Origin: a virus
Virus record (IMG/VR): IMGVR_UViG_3300043449_002191
Coordinates: 64,001 to 128,000 of that record
DNA: 64,000 bases
Strand: one strand, 5' to 3'
Every line of letters begins with the position of its first letter. The stretch's first letter is position 1. Shown piece after piece: positions 14,732 through 24,999 of this stretch. The position numbers and the translations under genes were made by a program. The notes under the pieces are model-generated. The model saw only the letters and a program-made list of their open reading frames with translations. It did no database searches and had not been told where the DNA came from.

Positions 14732-16918
14732 ATGTCAAACCCATCTAAACAATTTGAAATGATTAGGCTGTATCCTCGCCTTAGTTCTGACCCAACGTCT
14801 GGACGAGTTGGTGAAATATACTATAATACTACGTTAAATTCTTTAAGATTATGCACAAGCTCTCTTCCTACTTGGACTAATGTAGGTGAAAATTCTTCTA
14901 CATTTCAAGATAAAAATGCGCTATTAATAGAAGGGGGCGTGTGGTCAAATTCTTTTACTTCACCTGATAATACAATATCATTTGATCAAAGTGCTTTTAT
15001 TCAATTACCTGGGTTTGATAAAGAATCTAACGAAATAGCAGCAGGATCTTATATTTTAAATGATCAGGAAGTTCTATATGTTGATATCAATAGAACAGTT
15101 GTTTCTTCTACATTAACTCCGTTAACTGCAAATATAAATGCCATTACTTCAAATAGCGATAGGCTTATAATTGCAAGAAATATTGGAGGAACTATTATTG
15201 TAGGGGATAGGCTATGCTTACCTACAAATTCACTGGGATCTTTAACGGAAAACCAAACAAGCCTAGATACGCAAAATTCTAACTTAAGACTTATAGACGG
15301 CGGAATTTGGTCTTTTTCTTCTAGCAACTCTTTATCGCTTTCATCAGACGCTTATATACAAGTTCCTGGACTTTTGTCAGCAGCTAATACTATAAGCTCT
15401 GGACCCTACACTGTACTTCCTGGAAACATTCTTTATTGTGAATTAAATAAAGAAGACGTAGTGTCTACACTATTTGTACAGGAAGTTTCTGTTAATACAT
15501 TACTTCCATTAAACTCATTTGTTTTAGCTTACAATGATGGATTAAAAGTTTGGATTTCAGATAATTTTGTTTTAAATTATGGTGAATCTAAAGAAGCAGG
15601 GCAAAATGTGTCTTCTGATCTTTTATCTTCAATTGGGGCCTCTAATTGGACTGATAAAGAGGGGCAATTAAGAATCCTTAAAGATGCTACACCATCTTCG
15701 ATTACATACATTACTCCTTTAAATAAAACTATTATTGATGGAACAATAAAATCTTTATCCATTAAAAATTCAAATGCTATTTTTGATGGAGCAAAAATTG
15801 ACTGGGAAGCTGGGGAAATTTACGACTATTCAGGGGCAACTTTATTATCTACATTTACTCCTCCTAATACTGAAATTTCTGATGGATATTTTAAATGGTA
15901 TTCAATTGCTTTAATTGCAGGAGCAATTGACATAAATAATGAAATAGAATTAATTTTAACTATAACAGCTTCTTCTGGGGAAAGTTTATTTAGTGCTAAT
16001 GCCCCTAAAGCTTTATACCCGTCTAGCTCTATTCACGTAGGGCAAGTTTCATTAGGTAACATTGGTGGAACTATTGAACCTATATTTCAGTCCGATATTA
16101 TTCAAAATACTTTGGGCGCAGGCGCTGGTGGAGCCAACGTAAATCTATCAAACCTTGAAACTACAGCAATTAACCAAGACTTACTGCCTGCAACAACAAA
16201 TAGTAAAGATATTGGCTCTGAGCTACTTGCATTTCAAGACGTATTTTCTTATGCGATTAGAACTAATGCAATTACTACTTTAAACGGATTAGGCTCTGTT
16301 ACGGTAGGTAATCCACTTACAATGGCAAACAATGGTATTAGTAACCTTGCCGATCCTCTTTTGGCACAGGATGCTGCAACTAAGTTTTACGTAGATGCCG
16401 CTGATTCTGCTTTAGACGCACGTCTAAGTGATCTAGAGGTTGATCCTGTAACTAAAACTTATGTGGATAATCAAGATGCGTTAAAGCTTGATCTTGCTGG
16501 TGGAACTATGTCAGGTAATATTGACATGGGGAACAATACTATCACTAACGTATTAAATCCAACTGCCCCACAAGATGTGGCTACTAAAGATTACGTCGAT
16601 AACCTTGCTGGATCTGGAACTAGCACTTTTGCCGCAGCTCAAAGCCAATTAGCCTATACAAATGTGACAGGTTTTTCTTTTAGTGCTAGCGGTAAAGGGT
16701 TAATTGAGGTTGTAATAGACGCAACTAGTGATTTATATGAAGTTTTTGATTTAATCGTAGTTAAAAAGGGTAGCACCTACGCTGTTGATTATATTAGTGC
16801 CGGAGATGCCAGTGGAGTTGACTTCAATATAACATCATCTGGACAAATCCAATACATTTCAGATACTTACGCTGGTTTTAATTCTTTGACTATCAAATTT
16901 AAAAAGACTGAGATCTAA
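14732..16918 (+). CDS. Tail fibre/baseplate structural protein
   Basis: Duplicated LI(E/D)GG(V/I)WS...IQ(L/V)PG domain; fibre motifs NLADPLLAQDAATKFYVD and NVLNPTAPQDVATKDYVD. Confidence 0.8.
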   Translation: MSNPSKQFEMIRLYPRLSSDPTSGRVGEIYYNTTLNSLRLCTSSLPTWTNVGENSSTFQDKNALLIEGGVWSNSFTSPDNTISFDQSAFIQLPGFDKESNEIAAGSYILNDQEVLYVDINRTVVSSTLTPLTANINAITSNSDRLIIARNIGGTIIVGDRLCLPTNSLGSLTENQTSLDTQNSNLRLIDGGIWSFSSSNSLSLSSDAYIQVPGLLSAANTISSGPYTVLPGNILYCELNKEDVVSTLFVQEVSVNTLLPLNSFVLAYNDGLKVWISDNFVLNYGESKEAGQNVSSDLLSSIGASNWTDKEGQLRILKDATPSSITYITPLNKTIIDGTIKSLSIKNSNAIFDGAKIDWEAGEIYDYSGATLLSTFTPPNTEISDGYFKWYSIALIAGAIDINNEIELILTITASSGESLFSANAPKALYPSSSIHVGQVSLGNIGGTIEPIFQSDIIQNTLGAGAGGANVNLSNLETTAINQDLLPATTNSKDIGSELLAFQDVFSYAIRTNAITTLNGLGSVTVGNPLTMANNGISNLADPLLAQDAATKFYVDAADSALDARLSDLEVDPVTKTYVDNQDALKLDLAGGTMSGNIDMGNNTITNVLNPTAPQDVATKDYVDNLAGSGTSTFAAAQSQLAYTNVTGFSFSASGKGLIEVVIDATSDLYEVFDLIVVKKGSTYAVDYISAGDASGVDFNITSSGQIQYISDTYAGFNSLTIKFKKTEI

Positions 16919-16929
16919 GGTCTAGTAAA

Positions 16930-16941
16930 ACGGGGTATAAT
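16930..16941 (+). promoter_or_regulatory. -10 element GGTATAAT, probable leaderless transcript for 16948
   Basis: GGGGTATAATAGTAGT-ATG, no SD. Confidence 0.55.
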
Positions 16942-16947
16942 AGTAGT

Positions 16948-17622
16948 ATGAGAAAACTACTATTTACCCTAGCTCTTCTTATATCCTGCCTTTCGCAGGC
17001 AAAACTTAAAATTGCCATATTAGATACTGGGATAAAGCCTGATAAGATAAAAGATCTTAAGCTTTGTCCAAATGAAAGTATTGATTTTACCAATTCCAAT
17101 TTAAATGATGACCATGGCCATGGCACCAACATAGCTGGTCTTATCTCCCAACAAATACCAAAAAATCTAGATTATTGCTTAGTTATTATTAAGGTCTTTG
17201 ATATTAATAACTTAGATAGTGCTATCGAGTCTACAATTAAAGGATTTAGATATGCACAGATGATTAGAGCTAATATCATTAATTATTCTGGCGGTGGAGC
17301 ATCTTCAGATAAAGAAGAAAAAGCCACTATAATAAACGCCTTAAATAAGGGTATTAAAATATTTGTTGCTGCAGGAAATCAAGGCAAAGATTTAGATGGT
17401 AATTGCGACTATTTTCCTGCCTGTTATGACAAAAGATTGGTTATTGTTGGGTCAAAAACTTCTAAAAATAAAATTTCTGAAAATTCTAATAGAGGAAAAG
17501 TGGTTTCTGTTTGGGAAATAGGCAAAGATAGAGAGGCGCTTGATATAGTACTATCTGGTACATCTCAAGCAACTGCAGTTGCCACGGGGAGATATGCATA
17601 TGAAAAACTTACTGGTAAATAA
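16948..17622 (+). CDS. Subtilisin-like S8 serine protease with signal peptide
   Basis: IAILDTG, HGHGTNIAG, AAGN, SGTSQA triad. Confidence 0.92.
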   Translation: MRKLLFTLALLISCLSQAKLKIAILDTGIKPDKIKDLKLCPNESIDFTNSNLNDDHGHGTNIAGLISQQIPKNLDYCLVIIKVFDINNLDSAIESTIKGFRYAQMIRANIINYSGGGASSDKEEKATIINALNKGIKIFVAAGNQGKDLDGNCDYFPACYDKRLVIVGSKTSKNKISENSNRGKVVSVWEIGKDREALDIVLSGTSQATAVATGRYAYEKLTGK

Positions 17623-17884
17623 AATGATTGCTACAGCAGCTTCAACTCTTCTTATTGCAATTTCATCGACGACTTCTGCCAATGATGTTTATGTACAGAA
17701 TAATTATAAGAGGGCCACTAATGTATTAAGCCAAATAGCATACAAAGAGCTTGGTATTGAAGGTTACTTGACTGATATGGAAAAAAGATATGTCCCAAAA
17801 GAGATAAAAGAGGATCTATCCGTGACCCTCGCTGTAAGCCGAATTATAGTAGAAAAAAAAGTAGTTTATATCTGGAGATTTTAA
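17600..17884 (+). CDS. Secreted hypothetical protein
   Basis: Signal-like N-terminus ending TSA; GGAG SD. Confidence 0.6.
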   Translation: MKNLLVNKMIATAASTLLIAISSTTSANDVYVQNNYKRATNVLSQIAYKELGIEGYLTDMEKRYVPKEIKEDLSVTLAVSRIIVEKKVVYIWRF

Positions 17885-18495
17885 CCACGTTTTCTTACTG
17901 AACACCAATGAGCATGACCAAAGTCTGAGTCATCAGTATACCCAAGCTTTTGAGCGCCGCAGTCACACAGGCTTTTCTTTTCAATAGTTTCAGAAACAGC
18001 ATTAAAGGAATTTGAAATAGAGTTATCGTTGACGGACCCAGTAATCAAAGAGTTTTGCCTCCATCCACCTTTTACCATTGTACTCATAGACTTTAATGAC
18101 AGCGTTAAGTTAGTAGAAAAACAGTCTGAAACAAGTGCTGTAATGTCTGACTTTACTGTATCTAATAAAAAAACTTCATAAAAATTATCGATAATAGCTG
18201 ATGCAAATAGAGACTTTTCAACAAAATCATTTTTATCTTTAAAAAAGTTATTTATTCGGCTAATGTGATGCCCATGAAGATTTTTATCATACACTACAAT
18301 TAGAATGGAATCAGTATTCCAAGGATTATAGGTACTGTTTGCAGTTCCTGTAAAATGTCCTGGGGTACTTCCAATATAATTTACACTAGGTTGAAGCTTA
18401 AATACTTCAATCTCAATTCCAGCCTGATAGCCCCAACGTCTTATCATGTAGCCATTTAACTCAGTTAAAAACTCACCATAATCCCAATAAAGCAT
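17881..18495 (-). CDS. Hypothetical protein with C-terminal CxCG...HxxWC zinc motif
   Basis: CDCGAQKLGY...HAHWC; GGAGG SD. Confidence 0.7.
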   Translation of the reverse strand: MLYWDYGEFLTELNGYMIRRWGYQAGIEIEVFKLQPSVNYIGSTPGHFTGTANSTYNPWNTDSILIVVYDKNLHGHHISRINNFFKDKNDFVEKSLFASAIIDNFYEVFLLDTVKSDITALVSDCFSTNLTLSLKSMSTMVKGGWRQNSLITGSVNDNSISNSFNAVSETIEKKSLCDCGAQKLGYTDDSDFGHAHWCSVRKRG

Positions 18496-18538
18496 AATAG
18501 CCTCCGCATAATGATTGTGTCATATTATAGTAAATATG

Positions 18539-19291
18539 TCAATCTATTTTTGTTAAAATTTCATACCCAGAATTGGTTATCAAAACGGTATGCTCAAATT
18601 GAGCCGATCTTTTGCCATTGTCACATTTTCCTACAATAATTTGTGACTCAGGTATCCTAGACCAAGATATTGCTGATCCTTTTTGTATCAAAATGGGCTC
18701 AACCGTTATACACGTCCAAGGTCTAAGTAAGGCTCCAGTTCCAGGAATTCCATAGCTTAGTATATTTGGTTCCATATGGTACTTTTTGCCTACGCCATGG
18801 CCAGTACATTCCTTAACCACGTCCAAATTATTACTTTTAGCTATCTGTTCTATGACAAATCCTATGTCACCAGTAGTGCCGTTGGGGTATATCATTGCTA
18901 TTCCGGCCATCATAGCGTTTTCTGCAGCAGCCATTAAGTTTATGTCCTTAAGCGATGTGCTACTTACAGAGACGGTTTTAGACGTATCCCCGATGTATTC
19001 GCCCAGAAGCACTGCAACGTCTATGTTAAGAATGTCACCCTCTTTTAGAGGTGTATCATCAGGTACACCGTGGCATACTACTTCGTTGACTGAAGTGCAA
19101 AGAGTATGCTTGTAGCCTTTGTACCCTACGTTAATCGGAGTTCCGCCTTTTGAAACAATGTAGTCGTGAGTGGCTTTATCAATTTCAGCTGTAGTTACAC
19201 CTTCCATGACCATATCTGACGCATACTTTAGCGCTTGGGCTGCCAATTTACCTGCTTTTGCCATTCCATTAGCAAAGTCTATATGCTTCAT
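18539..19291 (-). CDS. map: Methionine aminopeptidase type I
   Basis: CTSVNEVVCHGVP, NIDV, GDTSKT, GHGVG, HMEP, VEP, AQFEHTV: metal ligands intact. Confidence 0.95.
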   Translation of the reverse strand: MKHIDFANGMAKAGKLAAQALKYASDMVMEGVTTAEIDKATHDYIVSKGGTPINVGYKGYKHTLCTSVNEVVCHGVPDDTPLKEGDILNIDVAVLLGEYIGDTSKTVSVSSTSLKDINLMAAAENAMMAGIAMIYPNGTTGDIGFVIEQIAKSNNLDVVKECTGHGVGKKYHMEPNILSYGIPGTGALLRPWTCITVEPILIQKGSAISWSRIPESQIIVGKCDNGKRSAQFEHTVLITNSGYEILTKID

Positions 19292-19343
19292 GTCTAGACC
19301 TTAGTTTAGTGTTTTAATAAATTTTTCTACAAAAGTATTATAC

Positions 19344-19354
19344 CCTAATCTTAT
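19344..19354 (+). promoter_or_regulatory. Putative late promoter CCTAATCTTAT, overlapping a divergent GGTATAAT -10 for map
   Basis: agtattataccctaatcttat. Confidence 0.75.
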
Positions 19355-19370
19355 ATAGATGGGAGATTAA

Positions 19371-19775
19371 ATGATTGATTTAAGGGAGATCCTTAAAAGT
19401 TTGAGTTTTGATGACCAGACCCCAGAGGTTAAGGAGAATCTTTTGATTTTGCTTCAGCGCATCAATGTTATTAGGGAGGCTTACGGCAAACCTATGACTA
19501 TTACCTCTGGACTTAGGAGCATGGCTGATCATTTAAGAATTTATGCCGAAAAAGGCATTACTGACAAAAATAAGATTCCCATGAAATCAAAGCATCTTTA
19601 TGGTCAGGCGGTTGATATATCCGACCCAAAGAAAAAGCTACAAAAGTGGATTCTAGAAAACTTATCCGTAGTTGAAGAAGCTGGACTGTGGATGGAGGAT
19701 TTCTCTGCTACCCCTAATTGGGTCCATTTTCAAACAGTTCCGCCAGCAAGTGGAAAAAGGTTTTTTAAGCCATGA
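19371..19775 (+). CDS. M15-family zinc peptidase, probable endolysin
   Basis: ITSGLRS, SKHLYGQAVDI, WVHF; late motif upstream. Confidence 0.85.
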   Translation: MIDLREILKSLSFDDQTPEVKENLLILLQRINVIREAYGKPMTITSGLRSMADHLRIYAEKGITDKNKIPMKSKHLYGQAVDISDPKKKLQKWILENLSVVEEAGLWMEDFSATPNWVHFQTVPPASGKRFFKP

Positions 19776-20038
19776 TTTGGGATGATGACGACAAAGCAAT
19801 AAATCAATGGGATATAGCCAAAAAATCTGACGATTTAATAAATAAGATATCTAAGCTAAAGCAAAAAAGCTCTTTAACTATAAGCGAAAACGAACTGCTA
19901 CAGGAATACACTAAAGAGCTGCATGAGATGCAAGAAAAATGCTACCATAATTATAAAGTTGTTCTTTTATTCCACTGGCATAGAAAATATTGTGAAAGAT
20001 GCCATAAAGAAGATACTTCATACAGGCATGACGGCTAG
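19772..20038 (+). CDS. Hypothetical protein with CxH...CxxC
   Basis: QEKCYH...YCERCHK. Confidence 0.65.
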   Translation: MIWDDDDKAINQWDIAKKSDDLINKISKLKQKSSLTISENELLQEYTKELHEMQEKCYHNYKVVLLFHWHRKYCERCHKEDTSYRHDG

Positions 20039-20250
20039 CTGTTTTGCGTATAATTAATCAGGGCCTTTAAATCAGTAATTGCTTTTGCCATCTCTTTATT
20101 TAAATTAGTCACGGTTTGCATTTTTTTGCTGGCAGTATCCTGATCACTATTATTTCCAGCCATAAGCATTTCAAAAGATTCTTTTCGCAATAAATCAGAT
20201 ATCCTGTAAAGCTCTTCCACTTTAATTAAAACCTGAGTAGATAAAATCAT
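20035..20250 (-). CDS. Hypothetical protein
   Basis: Helical ORF at end of operon. Confidence 0.6.
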   Translation of the reverse strand: MILSTQVLIKVEELYRISDLLRKESFEMLMAGNNSDQDTASKKMQTVTNLNKEMAKAITDLKALINYTQNS

Positions 20251-20251
20251 T

Positions 20252-20470
20252 TTATTTACCTTCCATGTTTAAAATTACATCACTGATATCTTCCATGCCT
20301 CTTTTATGCAAAAATTTGATAAGATCATTTTTAATTGTTTCAACATTTGTCACATCTTTCAGATATTCACTAGTAAAAGTATAAGAATCCAGAGGTGTGA
20401 CTCCTTCGTAAATAGTTAGCTCATAAGCACTGTCGATTCTTGGGTGTAAATTTACAACAACTGTTTTCAT
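20252..20470 (-). CDS. Hypothetical protein
   Basis: Coupled ORF, GGAG SD. Confidence 0.6.
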   Translation of the reverse strand: MKTVVVNLHPRIDSAYELTIYEGVTPLDSYTFTSEYLKDVTNVETIKNDLIKFLHKRGMEDISDVILNMEGK

Positions 20471-21171
20471 AAAATCTCCTCCAATATAGCCTTTTCTGCA
20501 TTTTCTAAGAATTCTTGAAGTGCAACGGTTTTATTATCAATAACTACATCAAAATTATAGTCATCCAAGTCTCGTTCAGATGGATCTTCGGATACAGAAG
20601 TTGCAAACCTATTGATTCGAACGGTTAACAGTATATCGTATTTATCCATAAAACGCCGTAAACACTCTACCTCACTTTTATACCTTAAATCAGAGATAAT
20701 GTAAATACCGTCTGGGTCAATATTTTTTGCTTCTAATATAGCCTGAAAAGCCCAATAATCTGGGTCAACAGACCTTTTTGTGGAGCCTTCTAGGATACAT
20801 AGTGCCCTGGGTGTCCAATATAACTTCTCAAAGCGGCCAGAATACTCAGGGTTTCCTAATGCTTGTTTTGTAATAGGATGGACAAGATAATCTTTGGGTG
20901 ATTTTCCTTCTGAAGTCCTAAGCTCTTTGTATAAATGTTTTACAATCATTTCAGTAAATGAATCTTTTACATAAACTGGTTTATCTAACAGAGGCCATTC
21001 TTTTGTTTGCCTATCATCAATTGATGACCTATCAACCCTATACTGAGATGCAACATTGTCTTTTAATGGTTTTGCAAAACTCAATTGCACATATCCATAT
21101 TTTTTTGACAAATGTTCTGCTAACGTGTCTTTACCAGAACCCTTCCAACCACTTATAGCTATAATTTTCAT
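20467..21171 (-). CDS. Deoxynucleoside monophosphate kinase
   Basis: IAISGWKGSGKDT, SFAKPLK, TPR, IISDLRY, SERDLD. Confidence 0.9.
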   Translation of the reverse strand: MKIIAISGWKGSGKDTLAEHLSKKYGYVQLSFAKPLKDNVASQYRVDRSSIDDRQTKEWPLLDKPVYVKDSFTEMIVKHLYKELRTSEGKSPKDYLVHPITKQALGNPEYSGRFEKLYWTPRALCILEGSTKRSVDPDYWAFQAILEAKNIDPDGIYIISDLRYKSEVECLRRFMDKYDILLTVRINRFATSVSEDPSERDLDDYNFDVVIDNKTVALQEFLENAEKAILEEIL

Positions 21172-21936
21172 TTATTGCCCCTTTATGAATTTTTTAATAT
21201 CCTTTATAATTATTGCATTTGCCCATGAACTTTTTACTTCTACTGAAAAAACTACACCTACAACATTCCCAAAAAAGTTAACTATTGGGCTTCCAGATGA
21301 GCCAGGATGAGCAGTAACTGTAGTTAATATGGCATTAAAAGATGCGATGCATATCCATGTTACTCCTATTGTATTATCTGGTTGAGGATATTCGATTTGA
21401 TATAATGATTGATTTTTAACCGTTTGACACATAACTTGATCCATATCATTTGTTATATTGTATAAGGGCATATAGATTATGGATTGGGCCACAGCCTCAC
21501 CCATTGTCATGGTTCTTGGATTTAAATTTGGGTGACCTATTGCAGCTATAGTCTCCCCTTCGGCTACAGATCTAGCGAGAGTTAACCCCTCTACGCCATT
21601 TAATGGCTGAAGTAAGCATAAGTCAGTCTCGTCGGATATTTTAAGTATCTTAACTTGACTGCTAAATTCTTCGCTTTCGGCTACCATATACCCATTTTTA
21701 GATAAACCGCAAACGTGTTTATTTGTAATTATTCCAGTTTTCCCACTTGGGAGTTTTACGTGAAAACCTGTTCCTCCAGCTCTAGATGTATCTGTGCGAG
21801 TTAGTTTAACAACTTTAGAAGACACGTAACTTCTTAGGGCTGTTTTGTGGACTTGTGGGGCAAAGACGGATAAAAAGATAAAGGATGTCAAGATAAGAAT
21901 GGCCTCTAAAAGCGAATTTAACATTAATTTTACCAT
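21172..21936 (-). CDS. Trypsin-like (S1) serine protease with N-terminal membrane anchor
   Basis: GGTGF, ITNKHVC, DLCLL, PGSSGSP. Confidence 0.9.
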   Translation of the reverse strand: MVKLMLNSLLEAILILTSFIFLSVFAPQVHKTALRSYVSSKVVKLTRTDTSRAGGTGFHVKLPSGKTGIITNKHVCGLSKNGYMVAESEEFSSQVKILKISDETDLCLLQPLNGVEGLTLARSVAEGETIAAIGHPNLNPRTMTMGEAVAQSIIYMPLYNITNDMDQVMCQTVKNQSLYQIEYPQPDNTIGVTWICIASFNAILTTVTAHPGSSGSPIVNFFGNVVGVVFSVEVKSSWANAIIIKDIKKFIKGQ

Positions 21937-22436
21937 GAGATACCTACACTTAATCCATAAGTTTGATTAGTTAATCCAAAGGCCCCTACTGAAAAAGGCC
22001 CAGCTACCTTTCTTTCTATTGAGGCTCCATAACTAAGATCACTTCTCAAGAGATTGCTATCTTTATGCGAAGATGAGATCAGGGCAGATGCTTTCCATTG
22101 AGATTCATACCCACTATCTTTTCTAATAAATAAGTCAGTCTTTCTGTCAGAAATTTTTTCGCCTTGTTTAGTCTGATCAATAACAATTCGACCTTTGTCT
22201 ACAGTTCTAGTTTCAGTCTTAATCGTTCCATCTGGAAACTTAGTTTCAATCACAATAGTCTCTATATTTTTTTGTTCATCAGTTTTTTTAGACTCTTTCC
22301 ATTTAATAACTTCTTTTTCCACAATACGTTCTTCTATTCTTACGGACTCTTTTTTGGGAGCGGTGTATCGACCTATGGCTAATGACGCAACAACAAGTGC
22401 GGCAATGCCTAAGATGCTTTTTAGATTAAAAGTCAT
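21930..22436 (-). CDS. Membrane-anchored protein with C-terminal amphipathic beta-strands
   Basis: N-terminal TM, charged middle, ends YGLSVGISW. Confidence 0.65.
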   Translation of the reverse strand: MTFNLKSILGIAALVVASLAIGRYTAPKKESVRIEERIVEKEVIKWKESKKTDEQKNIETIVIETKFPDGTIKTETRTVDKGRIVIDQTKQGEKISDRKTDLFIRKDSGYESQWKASALISSSHKDSNLLRSDLSYGASIERKVAGPFSVGAFGLTNQTYGLSVGISW

Positions 22437-22444
22437 AAATGCTC

Positions 22445-24169
22445 CTATCTTTTCCCATGCAAAACATCTTTTACAGCTTCTTGGGCCTTTTCAATGGCAG
22501 TCCTTGGGACTTGGACAAATTCACCTTTTGCCATCATTTCAGCAGCTTTTCCAAACTGGCTGCCAATATTCATAGAGGCTAATGTTTCCATAGTTATTTC
22601 ACCTAAATCTGTTACTTTTTGCGATATAGCTTCAGTCATAGCAACGTGAGTTTGCATATAGCCAAGCATTGTTTCATCGTCAGGCTCTGTTTCACATAAA
22701 AATCTATTCAGCGTTTGTACACTTAATCTTGCGCTATGATTTACAGTAATTGACGGGAGGTCTAGCCCATAAACTTTAGATCTACCATAATCAGATTTTG
22801 AGATAAACACAGATTCAGTTACGTTTGATCTAGACTTACCAACATAAAACTTTACACGACCACCGATCTTATCATTTTTGTTACGATTGATTGTAATAAA
22901 ATTATCTGAAATTTGATAAATGGCAAAGGAGTCGCCTACAGCGTCACCGCTAAGGTAGTTATTACTATCATTTTGAGCGTTATAGGCAAAACCAGATCTA
23001 TTTGTTTGAGCAAATGCAATAATATGGCAGTCTAACTTTTTAGCCAAGCTTTTAACGCTTCTAAAGATGTGTGCGAGCCTGTCTGGTTTCTTTTCCATCT
23101 TTTTTTCACGGCTATCAAGTGCAGAAGGGTAATCCCAAATAATGAGATCAAATGTTTTACCGTAAGTACGCTTGTACTGCTCATTTTTTTGAATAATCCA
23201 AGGAATAACATCCTCAATATACATTCCAAGCGGATCAGAGATCTCTTTAATAACTAGACCTTCGTTTTGATCTTTTTCGGAACCCATGATAATTTTTTTA
23301 AACGCCTCGATTTTATTCTGAATTAATGGAATTTTTCTATCATGAATAAGTTGAGTAGTCGTAAGTTTAGCTGTCACCTGAAGGCATTTGATCGCTACCT
23401 TAGATTCTTTTTCTTCATGAGAAACTATCAGCACGTTCTTTCCTAGTAAACGATTAGCTACAGCAATTGTGGCAGATGTAGTTGTCTTACCGGAGTTTGA
23501 TGGACCCATGATAGTAGTCAATTCGCCTCTGACTAAAGAACCTCTTGTTGAATCTTTAATAGAAAATGGATTTGATGGAGTTTGAATTCGTGCTGTAGCA
23601 AAAAGGAGTTCGTCAAAGTCTGGGTGACCAATAGTGCAATTCTCTAAAGATGAGGTATCTAATTTGTCTAGATCTAAGTCTATAAGAGACTGATCATACC
23701 CCTTTAGAGGATCTTCTACTGTGACTTTAGAGTTAACGGCTTGATTTAACACCTCTAAAGTCTTATTGACATCGCCACGGTTAATATGCTTTTCTGCAGA
23801 CTTAAGATTAGCCTTAACCCTTTCCATTGAAATAAAATCGTTTAACTTTGATTTTAACGGATGAAGGGAGGTAGTTTTGGCGTCCAAAAGAGACATATCT
23901 AATGTTTTGGTATATGGGGCAAGGTCTTGTTCTTTTGGGAACTTTTCAAATAAAACTTGAATAATATCGTTCTTTTTAGGTAATACAGTATGCCTACTGT
24001 AAAAATCTACAGCAATACTAAAAATTTCGCCCTGGTAGATATTTTGAAAATTGTTCTTCTTAAGATACATACTGCATGACAGTAGTACCTCGACATCTTC
24101 AACTAAATACCCGATCAGGGCTGACTGATACTTATCCGATAGCGATAATGTGCTTTCTATTTCGTTCAT
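22445..24169 (-). CDS. dnaB: DnaB-like replicative helicase
   Basis: GPSNSGKTT, VSHEE, LIIWDY, AQTNR, GKSR. Confidence 0.88.
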   Translation of the reverse strand: MNEIESTLSLSDKYQSALIGYLVEDVEVLLSCSMYLKKNNFQNIYQGEIFSIAVDFYSRHTVLPKKNDIIQVLFEKFPKEQDLAPYTKTLDMSLLDAKTTSLHPLKSKLNDFISMERVKANLKSAEKHINRGDVNKTLEVLNQAVNSKVTVEDPLKGYDQSLIDLDLDKLDTSSLENCTIGHPDFDELLFATARIQTPSNPFSIKDSTRGSLVRGELTTIMGPSNSGKTTTSATIAVANRLLGKNVLIVSHEEKESKVAIKCLQVTAKLTTTQLIHDRKIPLIQNKIEAFKKIIMGSEKDQNEGLVIKEISDPLGMYIEDVIPWIIQKNEQYKRTYGKTFDLIIWDYPSALDSREKKMEKKPDRLAHIFRSVKSLAKKLDCHIIAFAQTNRSGFAYNAQNDSNNYLSGDAVGDSFAIYQISDNFITINRNKNDKIGGRVKFYVGKSRSNVTESVFISKSDYGRSKVYGLDLPSITVNHSARLSVQTLNRFLCETEPDDETMLGYMQTHVAMTEAISQKVTDLGEITMETLASMNIGSQFGKAAEMMAKGEFVQVPRTAIEKAQEAVKDVLHGKR

Positions 24170-24172
24170 TGA

Positions 24173-24991
24173 TTATCCAAAAGTATAGTCTACTCTGTTG
24201 AGGTTTCTGCTCTCTATGAGTTTATTCATGATCTCTGTATAGTTTATACCGCTTTTTTTACATAAAAGTCTAGCCTTTTTACGAACCGAATGTTCGACTT
24301 TTTTGTAAGTAGCTAAATAAGCTAATTTTTCTGAGTAGTTATGAACATTCTCGTTAAGCTCTTTCTTATAATTATTTAGTTTTTGTTTAGACATTTTGCT
24401 TATACTTTGCTTAGTGTATTCCAGCTTGTCTATATCTGTTTTCTTTCTTGCTAATTCTTTAGCTAATCGTTTTTTATCCAATCCTTCTGATTTTTCAAAA
24501 AGAATATAGAGCTTATCATACTCAGTGTTCATTATTTCCATTTCATCAGAATTGTCATTTGAGCTAGGACCAAGATTTAAGTCTAGATTATTCATGCCAA
24601 TGCTCTCAATAGAAACGTCTGTATAAGATTCTTTGTAGTGAAACTTTCTATCTAAGGTAATAAGGAACGACTCAAGACGCTGATTTACATAACGCATCAA
24701 CACGTAGTAAAGATCCTTATCGGTCTTAAAGTTGCTGAGATCTTCTGTAGCAAATGCTAACCCAAAGGTTAAGCAGATATTATACATATCATCGTAATCA
24801 AACCCTAAATTCAAAAGGTCCGACCTATTTTTAATGAATACGTTTTTAGATAAAAATTTAATACAGCGATTAAAGTCTTTTCGTGTACGCAATGCCTCAA
24901 TTTTCTCTTTATTTTCATTAGCAAAAGCTTTTTTCAAAGAGTTGTTCTTTAAATAAACCGCCTCAAAATTGTCTTTACTCTTAAATGCCAT
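24173..24991 (-). CDS. Hypothetical protein, possible sigma region 2-like segment
   Basis: GFDYDDMYNI...LMRYVNQRL weakly resembles sigma region 2. Confidence 0.5.
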   Translation of the reverse strand: MAFKSKDNFEAVYLKNNSLKKAFANENKEKIEALRTRKDFNRCIKFLSKNVFIKNRSDLLNLGFDYDDMYNICLTFGLAFATEDLSNFKTDKDLYYVLMRYVNQRLESFLITLDRKFHYKESYTDVSIESIGMNNLDLNLGPSSNDNSDEMEIMNTEYDKLYILFEKSEGLDKKRLAKELARKKTDIDKLEYTKQSISKMSKQKLNNYKKELNENVHNYSEKLAYLATYKKVEHSVRKKARLLCKKSGINYTEIMNKLIESRNLNRVDYTFG

Positions 24992-24999
24992 ATACCCTC

